A model generated the notes under the pieces. The model made no database searches. It had not been told where the DNA came from and saw only the letters and a list, made by a program, of their open reading frames with translations. The translations under genes were made by a program, and so were the position numbers. From assembly GCA_042216675.1 (NCBI GenBank), contig JBDGTS010000020.1:32001-96000 (forward strand): a DNA stretch of 64,000 nucleotides, in the 5' to 3' direction. Below, one piece after another: positions 55,310-64,000 of this stretch. Position 1 is the stretch's first letter. Each line of letters starts with the position of its first letter. Source of the stretch: Halobacteriaceae archaeon. GTDB lineage: Archaea; Halobacteriota; Halobacteria; Halobacteriales; Halobacteriaceae.

Positions 55310-57961
55310 ATGACGTCACGCAAGACGGACGGTCCCGACGGCGTTCCGGAGGCACCGCTCGACTGGCCGGCGGTGACGACGGCGACGAAACCGTGGACCC
55401 GGTGGTGGTGGCTCGGGGACGCCGTCGACGACGGCAATCTCGAACGGGAACTCTCCCGCCTCGACGAGGTAGGTATCGGCGGCGTCGAGGTGACGCCCAT
55501 CTACGAGGTGGAGGGCGAGGAACACGTCTCGCTGGACTTCCTGAGCGAGGACTGGATCGAACGCTTCGAGCACACCGTCGCCGAGGCCACGCGGCGCGGG
55601 ATGGGCGTCGACGCCGTGCCCGGCACCGGGTGGCACTTCGGCGGCCCGAACGTCGACTTCGAGGACTCGGCGATGAAGTTCGACGCCGAGACGACGCGCC
55701 TCGACGGCGACCCCTACGAGGCCGACTTCGACCCCGACCGACTCCAGACGGTGATGGCCTACAGCGAGGACGGCCGCTCGGTCGAACTGACCGAGGAGGT
55801 GGACGACGACGGGCAAATCGCGTGGCGCCCGGACGAGGGCGAGTGGTCCGTCGTCGCTATCGTCGGCGAGATGGGGCGGGACGTGAAACGGGCCGCGCCG
55901 GACCGTGAGGGGCCGATGGTGAGTCCGTTCTACCCGGCCGCGATGCGGCGCTACCTCGGCCGCTTCGACGCGGAGTTCGCCGAGTACGACGGCCCGCCGT
56001 TCCGGGGGACGTTCCACGACTCCTTCGAGTTTCAGGCCCACTGGTCGCCGCTCCTCCTCGACGCCTTCGAGGAGGACTGTGGCTACCGCCTGCAGGACCA
56101 CCTGCCCGAACTGCTCGGGAACCACCCCGACGAGGAGCGAGTCGGGCGGGTGAAAGCCGACTACCGGCGCGTCCTCTCGGACCTCTATTCGGAGACGATT
56201 TCCGAGTGGCTCCGCTGGAACCACGAGGACGGCCGTCAGGCCCGGTTTCAGGCCCACTGCGCGCCGGGCAACATCCTCGATTTGTACGCGCTGGCGGACA
56301 TCCCCGAGACGGAGTTCATCGACGAGAAGCGCAACATCCTCGGGTCGAAGCTGTCCTCCTCGGCCGCGCACGTCACGGGGTCGCGGCGCGCCTCGGCGGA
56401 GACGGCGACGTGGCTCGACGAGCACTTCACCGTCTCGCTGGGGCAACTGAAGGAACACGTCGACGAACTGTTCCTCTCGGGCGTGAACCACGTCGTCTTC
56501 CACGGCACCGCGTACGCGCCCGACGACGCGCCGTGGCCGGGGTGGCTGTTCTACGCGGCGACGCAACTGAACCCACGGAACCCCATCTGGAAGGACCTGC
56601 CCGCGCTGACGGAGTACGTCACGCGGTGTCAGTCCGTCCTCCAGTCGGGCGACCCGGACGCCGACGTGCTCCTCTACTGGAACGTCGAGGACGTGTGGCA
56701 CGCCGAGGACGGCTTCGCCGACAGGCTGAGCGTCTTACAGGAAGAGTGGTTCGAGTCCTACTCCTTCGGCCGCGTGGCGCGGTGGCTCTGGGAGCAAGGG
56801 TACAGCTTCGACTTCGTGTCCGACCGACAGTTGCAGGACGCGCGGGTCAAGGACGAGCGCATCGTCATGCCCGGCGGCGAGTACGAAACCGTCGTCGTCC
56901 CCGAGACGGCCCACGCACCGGTGGACACGGCAGCGGCGCTCCGAGACCTCGCGGACGCGGGCGCGACGGTGGCCTTCGAGAGCGAGGTGCCCGACGACGT
57001 GCCCGGCCTCGGGAGCCTCGACGAGCGACGCGACCGCCTCGCGGCGGTTCGGGAGGACATCGACCCCACCGACGGTGAGGCCGAGGTCGGCGACGGCCGA
57101 GTGCTCGTCGGCGACGTGCCGAACCTGCTTCCGCGCACGGACGCGCGCCGGGAAGCCCTCGTCGACGAGGGCCTGAAGTTCGTCCGTCGCACCTTCGACG
57201 GCGGCACGCACTACTTCCTCGTCAACACGGGTGAGAGCGCCGTCGAGGGCTGGGTGCCGCTGGCAGTCGACGCCGCCGACGTGGCGCGCTTCGACCCGAT
57301 GTCCGGCGAGACGGCACCCGCCGCCGTCCGCGAGAGCGAGTCGGGCGTCGAGGTGTACTGCCAACTCCACGCGGGCGACTCGGTGGTCCTGCGCGCGTTC
57401 GATGATGAGACGCTCGACGCCGAGCCACGGGGCTACTGGCACGAGAGCGACCCCATCGAACTCGACGGCCCGTGGTCGGTGGAGTTCATCCGTGGCGGTC
57501 CGGAGCGTCCGCCGGGCGTCGAGATGGACGCCCTGCGCTCGTGGACCGAGGTGAGCGACATGCACGAGCGCTTCGCGGGCACCGCCCGCTACGAGACGAC
57601 GTTCGACCGGCCCGAATCGGGCGAGGCGTGGTGGCTGGACCTCGGCGACGTGGCCGACAGCGCGACGGTGTGGCTCAACGGCGAGGAACTCGGGACCGCG
57701 CTCCGCGCGCCGTTCCGGATTCCCGTCGACGAACTCGACGCCGAGGACAACACCCTCCACGTCGAGGTGACGAGTCGCGCTGCGAACCGCGTCCGCGACT
57801 TGGACCGCCGCGGCGTGGACTGGAAGCGCTTCGGCGACATCAACCTCGTCGGCCGGGACTACGAACCGTTCGACGCGTCCGACTGGGACGTGCGCCCGGC
57901 CGGACTGCTCGGCCCAGTGACACTCGTTCCCCGCGAGGCGTTCGCCCCCGGCGCGGACTGA
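55310..57961 (+). CDS. GH106-like alpha-L-rhamnosidase
   Basis: KPWTRWWWLG, GIGGVEVTPIY, GTGWHFGGP, HDSFE, DIPETE, SAET; C-terminal GLLGPV. Confidence 0.85.
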   Translation: MTSRKTDGPDGVPEAPLDWPAVTTATKPWTRWWWLGDAVDDGNLERELSRLDEVGIGGVEVTPIYEVEGEEHVSLDFLSEDWIERFEHTVAEATRRGMGVDAVPGTGWHFGGPNVDFEDSAMKFDAETTRLDGDPYEADFDPDRLQTVMAYSEDGRSVELTEEVDDDGQIAWRPDEGEWSVVAIVGEMGRDVKRAAPDREGPMVSPFYPAAMRRYLGRFDAEFAEYDGPPFRGTFHDSFEFQAHWSPLLLDAFEEDCGYRLQDHLPELLGNHPDEERVGRVKADYRRVLSDLYSETISEWLRWNHEDGRQARFQAHCAPGNILDLYALADIPETEFIDEKRNILGSKLSSSAAHVTGSRRASAETATWLDEHFTVSLGQLKEHVDELFLSGVNHVVFHGTAYAPDDAPWPGWLFYAATQLNPRNPIWKDLPALTEYVTRCQSVLQSGDPDADVLLYWNVEDVWHAEDGFADRLSVLQEEWFESYSFGRVARWLWEQGYSFDFVSDRQLQDARVKDERIVMPGGEYETVVVPETAHAPVDTAAALRDLADAGATVAFESEVPDDVPGLGSLDERRDRLAAVREDIDPTDGEAEVGDGRVLVGDVPNLLPRTDARREALVDEGLKFVRRTFDGGTHYFLVNTGESAVEGWVPLAVDAADVARFDPMSGETAPAAVRESESGVEVYCQLHAGDSVVLRAFDDETLDAEPRGYWHESDPIELDGPWSVEFIRGGPERPPGVEMDALRSWTEVSDMHERFAGTARYETTFDRPESGEAWWLDLGDVADSATVWLNGEELGTALRAPFRIPVDELDAEDNTLHVEVTSRAANRVRDLDRRGVDWKRFGDINLVGRDYEPFDASDWDVRPAGLLGPVTLVPREAFAPGAD

Positions 57962-58076
57962 CCGGCCGAGAGGCGAACGTTTAACTGTCGAGACGTGACA
58001 ATCCGCAGAATAGAACCGATGCAGACGCAGGGATGCACGGCGTTCGAGGGGGCCCGACAGCGGTCCGGGGGCCCGA

Positions 58077-59948
58077 ATGTCGGATAACGGTACGTTTCTG
58101 GGCGCGGTGGACCGTGGGCTGTACGCGCTGTTCTCGCGTCACGCCGACGCCACGCGCCACGGCGCGGCCCGGCGCTGGTACCGCGGCACGTCGGTGACGA
58201 CGAGTTTCGACGTGTACCTCGCGCGGGCCTACGGGCTCTCGTGGGTGGCGTTCGCTCTCGCCACCGGGTGGACGCTCCTGTTGCTGAGCGCCGGCGCGCC
58301 CGGCGTCCTCGGCGCCGCGACGGCCACGATTGCGCGCCTCGCGCCGCCGCTGTCGGGCGTGGTGTCGCCGCCACTCGTGGCCGCGGTGGCGACGGCGCTC
58401 GCGGGCCTCCTCGCGAAGCGGCTGACGCTCTGGCTCGGGGGCGCCTATCTCCGGTGGGCCGCGCGGGCGCGGCGGGCCGACATCGAGCGGACGCTCCCCG
58501 GCGCGGTGCGCTACCTCCACGCGCTGGCGGCGGGGAGCCGGGACGAGCGGGCGATGCTCGCCGAAGTCGCCGACCAGCGGGCGGCGTACGGCGAGACGGC
58601 GACGGCGTTCCGCGCGGTGCTGAACAAGGCGGCGCTCACGGGGAGTCTCGGCACCGGCCTCCGCGTCGTCGCTCGCGACACGCCCGCCGAGGACACGCTG
58701 GCGCCGTTCCTCCTGAAATACCGGGAGTACGCGGATCAGGGCGACGACGCACTGGCGGAGTATCTGCGACTGGAGGGGCGGATGCTCGGCCGGCGGCAGT
58801 CCCGCGAGCGCCGGCAGGCGGAGGGTTTTCTCGAACTGCTGGCGGAACTGTTCATCGTCCTCCTCGTCCTGCCGACGCTCCTCATCATCGTCCTCACGGT
58901 GCTGAGCGTCCTCGCGCCCGGCCTCGGGCGCCCGATTCCGACGCCGGTGGGCACCGTGACGGTGCGTGTGGCGCTCGTCTACGCCTGCGCCGGCTTCGTC
59001 CTCGCCGTCGGCGCCGTCGCGGCGTGGCTGGTGCAGGAACTCAGCCCGCCGAACGCCCGCGCGGCGACGCACCCTCGGAGCGACGGGTGGACGGCGATGG
59101 CCCGGAACGCGCTCCGAAACCCCGCCGACGCCGCCGTGTTCGCGGTCCCCCTCGCCGTCGGGGTGGCGCTCACGGCGTGGCGGACCGGCGCGACGGCGGT
59201 GGACGTGGCGCTGTTGGGCTACGTCGCCTACGGACTCCCCGTCGGCGGGGTGGCGCTCCGCCGAGCGCGCATCGACGACGAGAAGGACCGGGAAATCAAG
59301 GACTTCGTCCACGCCGTCTCCGGCCACGTGGCGCTTGGCCGGCCGTTCCCCGACGCCGTGGAACACGTCGCCCGCGACGTGGACCTCGGCGAACTCGGCG
59401 ACGACGTGGCCGACCTCGCGTTCAACATCCGGGTGAGCGGCCGGAGTGACGACGTGCAGGGCGCCGCGATGTCGCAGTTCGTCGAGCGCGTGGGGACCCC
59501 GCTGGCCGAGCAGACGGTCGGCCTCGTCACCGGTGCCCTCGACGTGGGCGCGGACCCCGAGACCGTGTTCGACACGCTACAGGCCGAAATCGGGCGCCTC
59601 TACCACGAGAAGCGGGCGCTCCGGGCGAATCTGGCCGTCTACGTCGCCGTCGGCTGGACGACGGCCATCCTCGTCGTCGGGGTGACCATCGCCATCAATC
59701 GCTACGTGCTGGACAGTTTCGATCAGTTGGCCACCGTCTCGGGCGCGATGGGCGGGTTCGTCCTCGACCCGGCGGCGGTGGACCCGGCGCGGGACCGCTT
59801 TCGCTTCTACGTCGTGACGCAGGCGACGATGCTCGCCTGCGGGTGGTTCGCCGGTTTCGCCAACCGGGGGCGCTACGACGCACTGCTCCACTCCGCGTCG
59901 CTGGTCCTCGTCGCGCACGTCGTCTTCAGGCTCTCGGGGGCGGTCTGA
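58077..59948 (+). CDS. Type II secretion F / PilC-like platform protein with two T2SSF domains
   Basis: IERTLPGAVRYL, GFLELLAE, IKDFVHAVS; multiple TM segments; upstream of pilin-like genes. Confidence 0.87.
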   Translation: MSDNGTFLGAVDRGLYALFSRHADATRHGAARRWYRGTSVTTSFDVYLARAYGLSWVAFALATGWTLLLLSAGAPGVLGAATATIARLAPPLSGVVSPPLVAAVATALAGLLAKRLTLWLGGAYLRWAARARRADIERTLPGAVRYLHALAAGSRDERAMLAEVADQRAAYGETATAFRAVLNKAALTGSLGTGLRVVARDTPAEDTLAPFLLKYREYADQGDDALAEYLRLEGRMLGRRQSRERRQAEGFLELLAELFIVLLVLPTLLIIVLTVLSVLAPGLGRPIPTPVGTVTVRVALVYACAGFVLAVGAVAAWLVQELSPPNARAATHPRSDGWTAMARNALRNPADAAVFAVPLAVGVALTAWRTGATAVDVALLGYVAYGLPVGGVALRRARIDDEKDREIKDFVHAVSGHVALGRPFPDAVEHVARDVDLGELGDDVADLAFNIRVSGRSDDVQGAAMSQFVERVGTPLAEQTVGLVTGALDVGADPETVFDTLQAEIGRLYHEKRALRANLAVYVAVGWTTAILVVGVTIAINRYVLDSFDQLATVSGAMGGFVLDPAAVDPARDRFRFYVVTQATMLACGWFAGFANRGRYDALLHSASLVLVAHVVFRLSGAV

Positions 59949-60656
59949 GTGGCTCGCACCCGCGCCCAGTCGAACGTCGTCGGCGTCGCCCTGTTGGTGG
60001 GCGTGACGGCGGTCAGTCTCGGCCTCGTCGCCGCCAGCGCCGGCACCGTCCTCGACGCGCAGACGGCGCGCGCCGACACCGCCCGCGTCGCCGACGGCCT
60101 CGACGACGCCGTGCGCCCGGCCGAGACGACCGGGGTCCGAGAGCGCCGCCTCGCGATTCGAGACGGGTCCTTCGAGACGGTGCCCCGCGAACTCCGGATT
60201 CTCCGCGGGGAGACTGTGGTCGCGGAGCGCTCGATTGGCGCCCTGCGCTTCGAGAACGCCGAGGGAAGCGCCACGTTCGTCGCTGGCGCGATATTCCAGC
60301 GAAGCGGGGGGACCGCACTCCGCAGACCGCCCGGCGTCCGCCTGACGGACGGTCTGCTGGTGGTGAACGCGCCCACGCTCCGGGGCGACGCCGCCTACGC
60401 CGTCAGCGGCACGGCGACGGTGACAGTCCAGACGCGAGTGTCACACGACCGGACGACCCTCGGTCCCGGCAACTACAGCGTGGCTATCGAGACGGCGTCG
60501 CCGGCCCCGTTCGCTCGCCACTTCGAAGACCGAGGTCTGTCGGTCGAGCGCCGCGACTTCGACGGTGACGGCGTCGAGAGTGTCGTCGTGGCGTTCCCGG
60601 TGGCCGACCGCCTCCTGCTGTTCACGCACCGCACCGAGGTGGCGATTCGTGGCTGA
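59949..60656 (+). CDS. Pilin-like protein with class III signal peptide
   Basis: RAQSNVVGVALLVG followed by a hydrophobic stretch. Confidence 0.8.
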   Translation: MARTRAQSNVVGVALLVGVTAVSLGLVAASAGTVLDAQTARADTARVADGLDDAVRPAETTGVRERRLAIRDGSFETVPRELRILRGETVVAERSIGALRFENAEGSATFVAGAIFQRSGGTALRRPPGVRLTDGLLVVNAPTLRGDAAYAVSGTATVTVQTRVSHDRTTLGPGNYSVAIETASPAPFARHFEDRGLSVERRDFDGDGVESVVVAFPVADRLLLFTHRTEVAIRG

Positions 60657-61092
60657 CCGCGCGGTGTCCCCCGTCGTCGGGAAGGTGCTCGAAATCGGCC
60701 TCGTCCTCCTGTTCGCGACGGCGGTGACGGCGGCGGTTTCGGGCAGCGTGGTCCCACACGCACGGACGGCCGCCGGCGACGAACTGGCCGACCGGACGCT
60801 CGCGACGGCCGCGACGGGCGTCGAGGACGCCGTGCCCGAAGCGGGCCGGAACGTGAGCGCGACGGCGCACCTCGACCTTCCGGACCGAATCCGCGGCGAG
60901 TCGTACACGCTCCGAACCGAGGGGCGGACGCTCGTCCTCGACCACCCCCACGCGGGCGTCGGGGCCACGCACCGTCTCGCGCTTCCGACCCGCGTCGCGG
61001 CGGTGCGCGGCACCGTCGAGAGCGACGAGTCAGTCGTCGTGCGCGTCACGTCGACGCCGGCGGGCCTCGTCGTGGAGGTGACGGCGGCGTGA
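60649..61092 (+). CDS. Pilin-like protein with class III signal peptide
   Basis: GTG start, DRAVSPVVGKVLEIG. Confidence 0.8.
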   Translation: MADRAVSPVVGKVLEIGLVLLFATAVTAAVSGSVVPHARTAAGDELADRTLATAATGVEDAVPEAGRNVSATAHLDLPDRIRGESYTLRTEGRTLVLDHPHAGVGATHRLALPTRVAAVRGTVESDESVVVRVTSTPAGLVVEVTAA

Positions 61093-61745
61093 CCCGCGGA
61101 CAGGCCAACCTCGTCGCCCTCGCGGTGGCGATGCTCCTCCTCACCGCCGCAATCGGTGTGACGCTGGCCGTCGCGACGGGCGCCTTCGCCACGGCCGACG
61201 CGAACGCCCGGGACCGTGCCGCCGCGGCGGGCGTCGCGGAGCGGCTCGTCGCCGCCGACGGTTCGCTGACGGTGCGCGAGAACGTCCTGAACGGGAGCGA
61301 GGTGGCGACCCTCGACGCCGAGGCGCTCCGGGCGGCGGTCCCGGCGACCCGTGACCGGGCCGTCCGGGTGCGCCTCGACGGCGAGACGCTGGTCGAGACG
61401 GGCGACCCGACCGGTCCGACCGTCAGGCGACTCGTGCTAGTCGAACGGCGACGGACCATCACGCGGACGGTGGCCGCCGACATGAACGGCACGTTCCGGG
61501 TCGCCCCGACGGGGGTTGTGACGGTGACCGTCGAGCGGTCGGCGGGCGTCGAGACCATCACCGCGAACGGCCGCGTCGTCGCCCACGACCCGGTGGCGCT
61601 GAACGGCACCATCGAACTCGACGTGCGCCGGGACCGGCCGACCGCCCTCGCGTTCAACGGGTCGAATCCGACCGGGACGGTCCGGGTGCGAACGCACCCG
61701 TGGGAGACCGAGCAGGCGGTACTGGAGGTGACCGTCGATGCGTAG
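61089..61745 (+). CDS. Pilin-like protein with class III signal peptide
   Basis: TRGQANLVALAVA; GTGA overlap. Confidence 0.8.
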   Translation: MTRGQANLVALAVAMLLLTAAIGVTLAVATGAFATADANARDRAAAAGVAERLVAADGSLTVRENVLNGSEVATLDAEALRAAVPATRDRAVRVRLDGETLVETGDPTGPTVRRLVLVERRRTITRTVAADMNGTFRVAPTGVVTVTVERSAGVETITANGRVVAHDPVALNGTIELDVRRDRPTALAFNGSNPTGTVRVRTHPWETEQAVLEVTVDA

Positions 61746-62136
61746 AGGGCAACTGTCGCTCTCCGTCATGGAGGCCGGCATCGGCGTCCTCCTGCTGACG
61801 GCCGTCGCGGCGGGGTTCTTCCTCGTCGGCGACGGCGCGGACGGCCGGGCAGCGGCGCAACTCGACACGTACGCCCACGACACCGCCGTGGTGCTGACGG
61901 CGGCGGGCGACGGCGGCCCGCAGGTGGACCGTGCGCTCCGGTCGGCGGCGGCGTGGGAGACGAACCGGACGGCGATTCGGAACCGTGCGGCGGCGCTCTT
62001 GCCTGCGAACGTGCTGTTCCGCGTCGAGACGCCCCACGGCGCCGTCGGCTATCCGGCACCCGAAAATCGGCCAGTCGGCGTCGAGCGCGTGCCGACGGCG
62101 GCGGGGACGGTGACCGTCCGGGTGTGGTATCCGTGA
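61738..62136 (+). CDS. Pilin-like protein with class III signal peptide
   Basis: RRGQLSLSVMEAGIGVLLL; C-terminal VTVRVWY. Confidence 0.8.
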   Translation: MRRGQLSLSVMEAGIGVLLLTAVAAGFFLVGDGADGRAAAQLDTYAHDTAVVLTAAGDGGPQVDRALRSAAAWETNRTAIRNRAAALLPANVLFRVETPHGAVGYPAPENRPVGVERVPTAAGTVTVRVWYP

Positions 62137-62639
62137 CCGAACGCGGCCAACTCGTCGTCCTCGCGGCGGCGCTGGTGGCGGTGGCGCTGTTGCCGATGGT
62201 GGCGGCCTACCTCCAGTTGGGCTACCAGCCGACCACCGCGGCCGACAGGGGGGTCGGTGACCCGGCGGCGACGACCGAGCGAGCGCTGTCGGACGCTCTC
62301 GCGCGCCCGGCGACGAACGTGTCCGACAGGAACTGGTCGGCGCGGGGCGCCGCCTCGCTGACGGTGCGGCGTGCGCTCGGCCCGACGTTCAGGGCGATTC
62401 GGAACGCCGGCCCGCCCGACGCCGCCACACGCGTCGCGTTCAACGACACCGCGGCCCGGCGCGTCGCCGAGACTGCCTGCCCAGCGGGACCGAACCGCCA
62501 ATTCGGGCCGTGTCGGGGTATCGGGGGCGTCGTCGTACAGGCTCGGGAGAACCGCACGCACCTCGTCGCGGTGGCGGTGGACGTGACGCGGGCGAGCGCC
62601 GACGGTCGGACGGCGGCGACGCTCGTCGTCTTCCGATGA
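62133..62639 (+). CDS. Pilin-like protein with class III signal peptide
   Basis: GTG start, ERGQLVVLAAALVAVAL; contains CP...FGPC. Confidence 0.8.
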   Translation: MTERGQLVVLAAALVAVALLPMVAAYLQLGYQPTTAADRGVGDPAATTERALSDALARPATNVSDRNWSARGAASLTVRRALGPTFRAIRNAGPPDAATRVAFNDTAARRVAETACPAGPNRQFGPCRGIGGVVVQARENRTHLVAVAVDVTRASADGRTAATLVVFR

Positions 62640-62640
62640 G

Positions 62641-63807
62641 TCAGGCTCGGACGGCCCGGCGGGCACGGCGCCCGGCGAGGAGAACGACGAGGGCGAGCGC
62701 CATCGCCACCTCGACGAGCATCGCCGTCCCGATGGAGAAGCGCTCCGCGAGGACGCCGACCGTCGCGGGCGCGACGAGGAAGCCCACCTGCCCCGCGACC
62801 ATCGCGAGTGCGTTCACGGGACCGGTGAACTCGGGGACGGCCGTCACGCCCCACGTCAACAGGAGCGGAAAACAGGCGGAGACGAAGAACCCGGCGGCGA
62901 AGACGCCCGCCAGAAACGGGAGCGTCGGCATCGGGCCGACGCCGAACAGGACCGCCAGCAAGAGGGCGAGGGCCGCGGCGGCCCCGAGGACCACGTCCGG
63001 CGGGTCGTAGCGGTCGGCGACGCGGCTGAACGCGAACCGGCCGGGGACGTACGCCGCGAGGAACGCCGAGAGCGAAACGTTCGCGGCCGTTCGCGGGAGG
63101 AAGTCGGCGGCGTAGTACGGGAGCCACGCGAAAAACGTGCTCTCGATGCCCCCGACCAGAATCACCGTCAGCGACATCCCCACGACGGCGGGCCGGTCGA
63201 ACAGCGGCCGGAAGTCCGCGAGCGTGAACGCGCTCTCGGTCCCGGCGCCCGTGGGGAACTCGGCGTGCCACGCGACGACGGCCACGGCGAGGAAGACGGT
63301 GCCCAGCGCGTAGTACGTCAGCCGCCACGACCCGAGTGCCAGCGCCGCGGTAGCGAGGACGGGACCGAGCGTCGCGCCGACGGCCCACGCCATCGCCTCC
63401 AGCGTGAACACGCGACCCCGGGACTCCGGATAGAGGCGGCTGAGAATCGGCCGGTCGAGGCCGCGAACGAGGCCGACGGCGGCGCTTCTGAGGCCGACGA
63501 ACGCGAGAAGCGAGACGAACGAGGAGGCGGTACCGAGGAGGAACAGCGTCGCGCCCGAGAGCGCCAGCCCGGTGGCGACAGTCGCGCGCATCGGCAGGCG
63601 CCCCGCGAGGACGCCCACTACGACGACGGGACCGACGAAGCCCAGCGTCGCGACGGGCGTCAGCAGGCCGAGTTGGACCTCCGAGACGCGGAACGCGACT
63701 TCGAACGTGGGGACGAGCGCACCCCGGGCCTGAAGCGCGGCGCCGCCGCTGGCGACAGCGACGAACAGCACCGCGGTCCAGACGCGGCGGCGGTCGGCCT
63801 CGGTCAC
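62641..63807 (-). CDS. MFS transporter
   Basis: About 12 TM segments; GxLAGRL and SRVADRY loop motifs. Confidence 0.87.
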   Translation of the reverse strand: MTEADRRRVWTAVLFVAVASGGAALQARGALVPTFEVAFRVSEVQLGLLTPVATLGFVGPVVVVGVLAGRLPMRATVATGLALSGATLFLLGTASSFVSLLAFVGLRSAAVGLVRGLDRPILSRLYPESRGRVFTLEAMAWAVGATLGPVLATAALALGSWRLTYYALGTVFLAVAVVAWHAEFPTGAGTESAFTLADFRPLFDRPAVVGMSLTVILVGGIESTFFAWLPYYAADFLPRTAANVSLSAFLAAYVPGRFAFSRVADRYDPPDVVLGAAAALALLLAVLFGVGPMPTLPFLAGVFAAGFFVSACFPLLLTWGVTAVPEFTGPVNALAMVAGQVGFLVAPATVGVLAERFSIGTAMLVEVAMALALVVLLAGRRARRAVRA

Positions 63808-63846
63808 GGCCAGACTGTGACCGGGGGCGTCGAAAAGGCTACGGGC

Positions 63847-64000
63847 TCACTCGGGACCGACGGCCTCCCCGAACCCCCACTCGTCGGCCCGGTCGGCCGC
63901 CTCCTCGCGGGCCCGCTCCCGGATGGCCTCGATTTTCTCCTCGTTCTCCAGAAACGCGCCGACGGCGTCGGGAGAGGCCGCGCCCGCATCGCCGGCGTCG
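63847..64000 (-). CDS. C-terminal fragment of an acidic hypothetical protein (runs off the window edge)
   Basis: Frame reads ...AFLENEEKIEAIRERAREEAADRADEWGFGEAVGPE*. Confidence 0.5.
   Translation of the reverse strand, partial: DAGDAGAASPDAVGAFLENEEKIEAIRERAREEAADRADEWGFGEAVGPE

Noticed and set aside
14-63989. Many long Arg/Pro/Gly-rich ORFs overlapping real genes (e.g. 3672-5939 -, 7309-9387 +, 12653-14719 +, 19291-21462 -, 44333-46417 +, 50271-52382 -)
   Set aside because: Shadow frames expected in high-GC DNA. They lack motifs and overlap well-supported genes.
1-64000. tRNA, rRNA, CRISPR array, transposase, integrase or defence genes
   Set aside because: No cloverleaf, repeat-spacer periodicity, DDE or tyrosine-recombinase motif was recognised by eye. 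A covariance-model or HMM scan would be needed to exclude them formally.

Overview
A GC-rich haloarchaeal (Halobacteria-like) segment: acidic proteins, Tat (RR) signal peptides, lipoboxes and class III (prepilin) signal peptides. It starts with a YeeE/YedE pair, a translationally coupled array of four SGNH-hydrolase paralogues and an assimilatory nitrate/nitrite reduction cluster (nirA/nasD, DUF6360-like, nasA, mobA). About 48 kb of glycan-degradation and sugar-acid genes follow (GH43-like, GH51, PL22-like, CE7-like, GH29, sulfatase, UxuA, enolase-superfamily dehydratase, lactonase, Lut, GH106, a beta-helix protein, a family-5 ABC transporter), and the window ends with a PilC/pilin-like operon. 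Main observations: (1) a 13.3 kb integrase-less island (24455-37771) bounded by a 15-bp direct repeat that duplicates the 3' end of an aldo/keto reductase gene, GATC-rich, carrying fucosidase, sulfatase, deoxyhexose-oxidation and lactate-utilisation genes, and partly decaying; (2) the four-gene SGNH array with variable active-site loops and identical DNA tracts; (3) a PilB-like ATPase about 37.6 kb upstream of a PilC/pilin operon that lacks one; (4) a YAAACGW-N6-ATG motif at several starts, including an unannotated 34-aa membrane microprotein inside the ABC cluster; (5) a fused DppB-DppC permease and three tandem Tat lipoproteins. No rRNA, tRNA, CRISPR array, transposase or integrase was recognised. 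All family calls come from reading motifs by eye, not from database searches.
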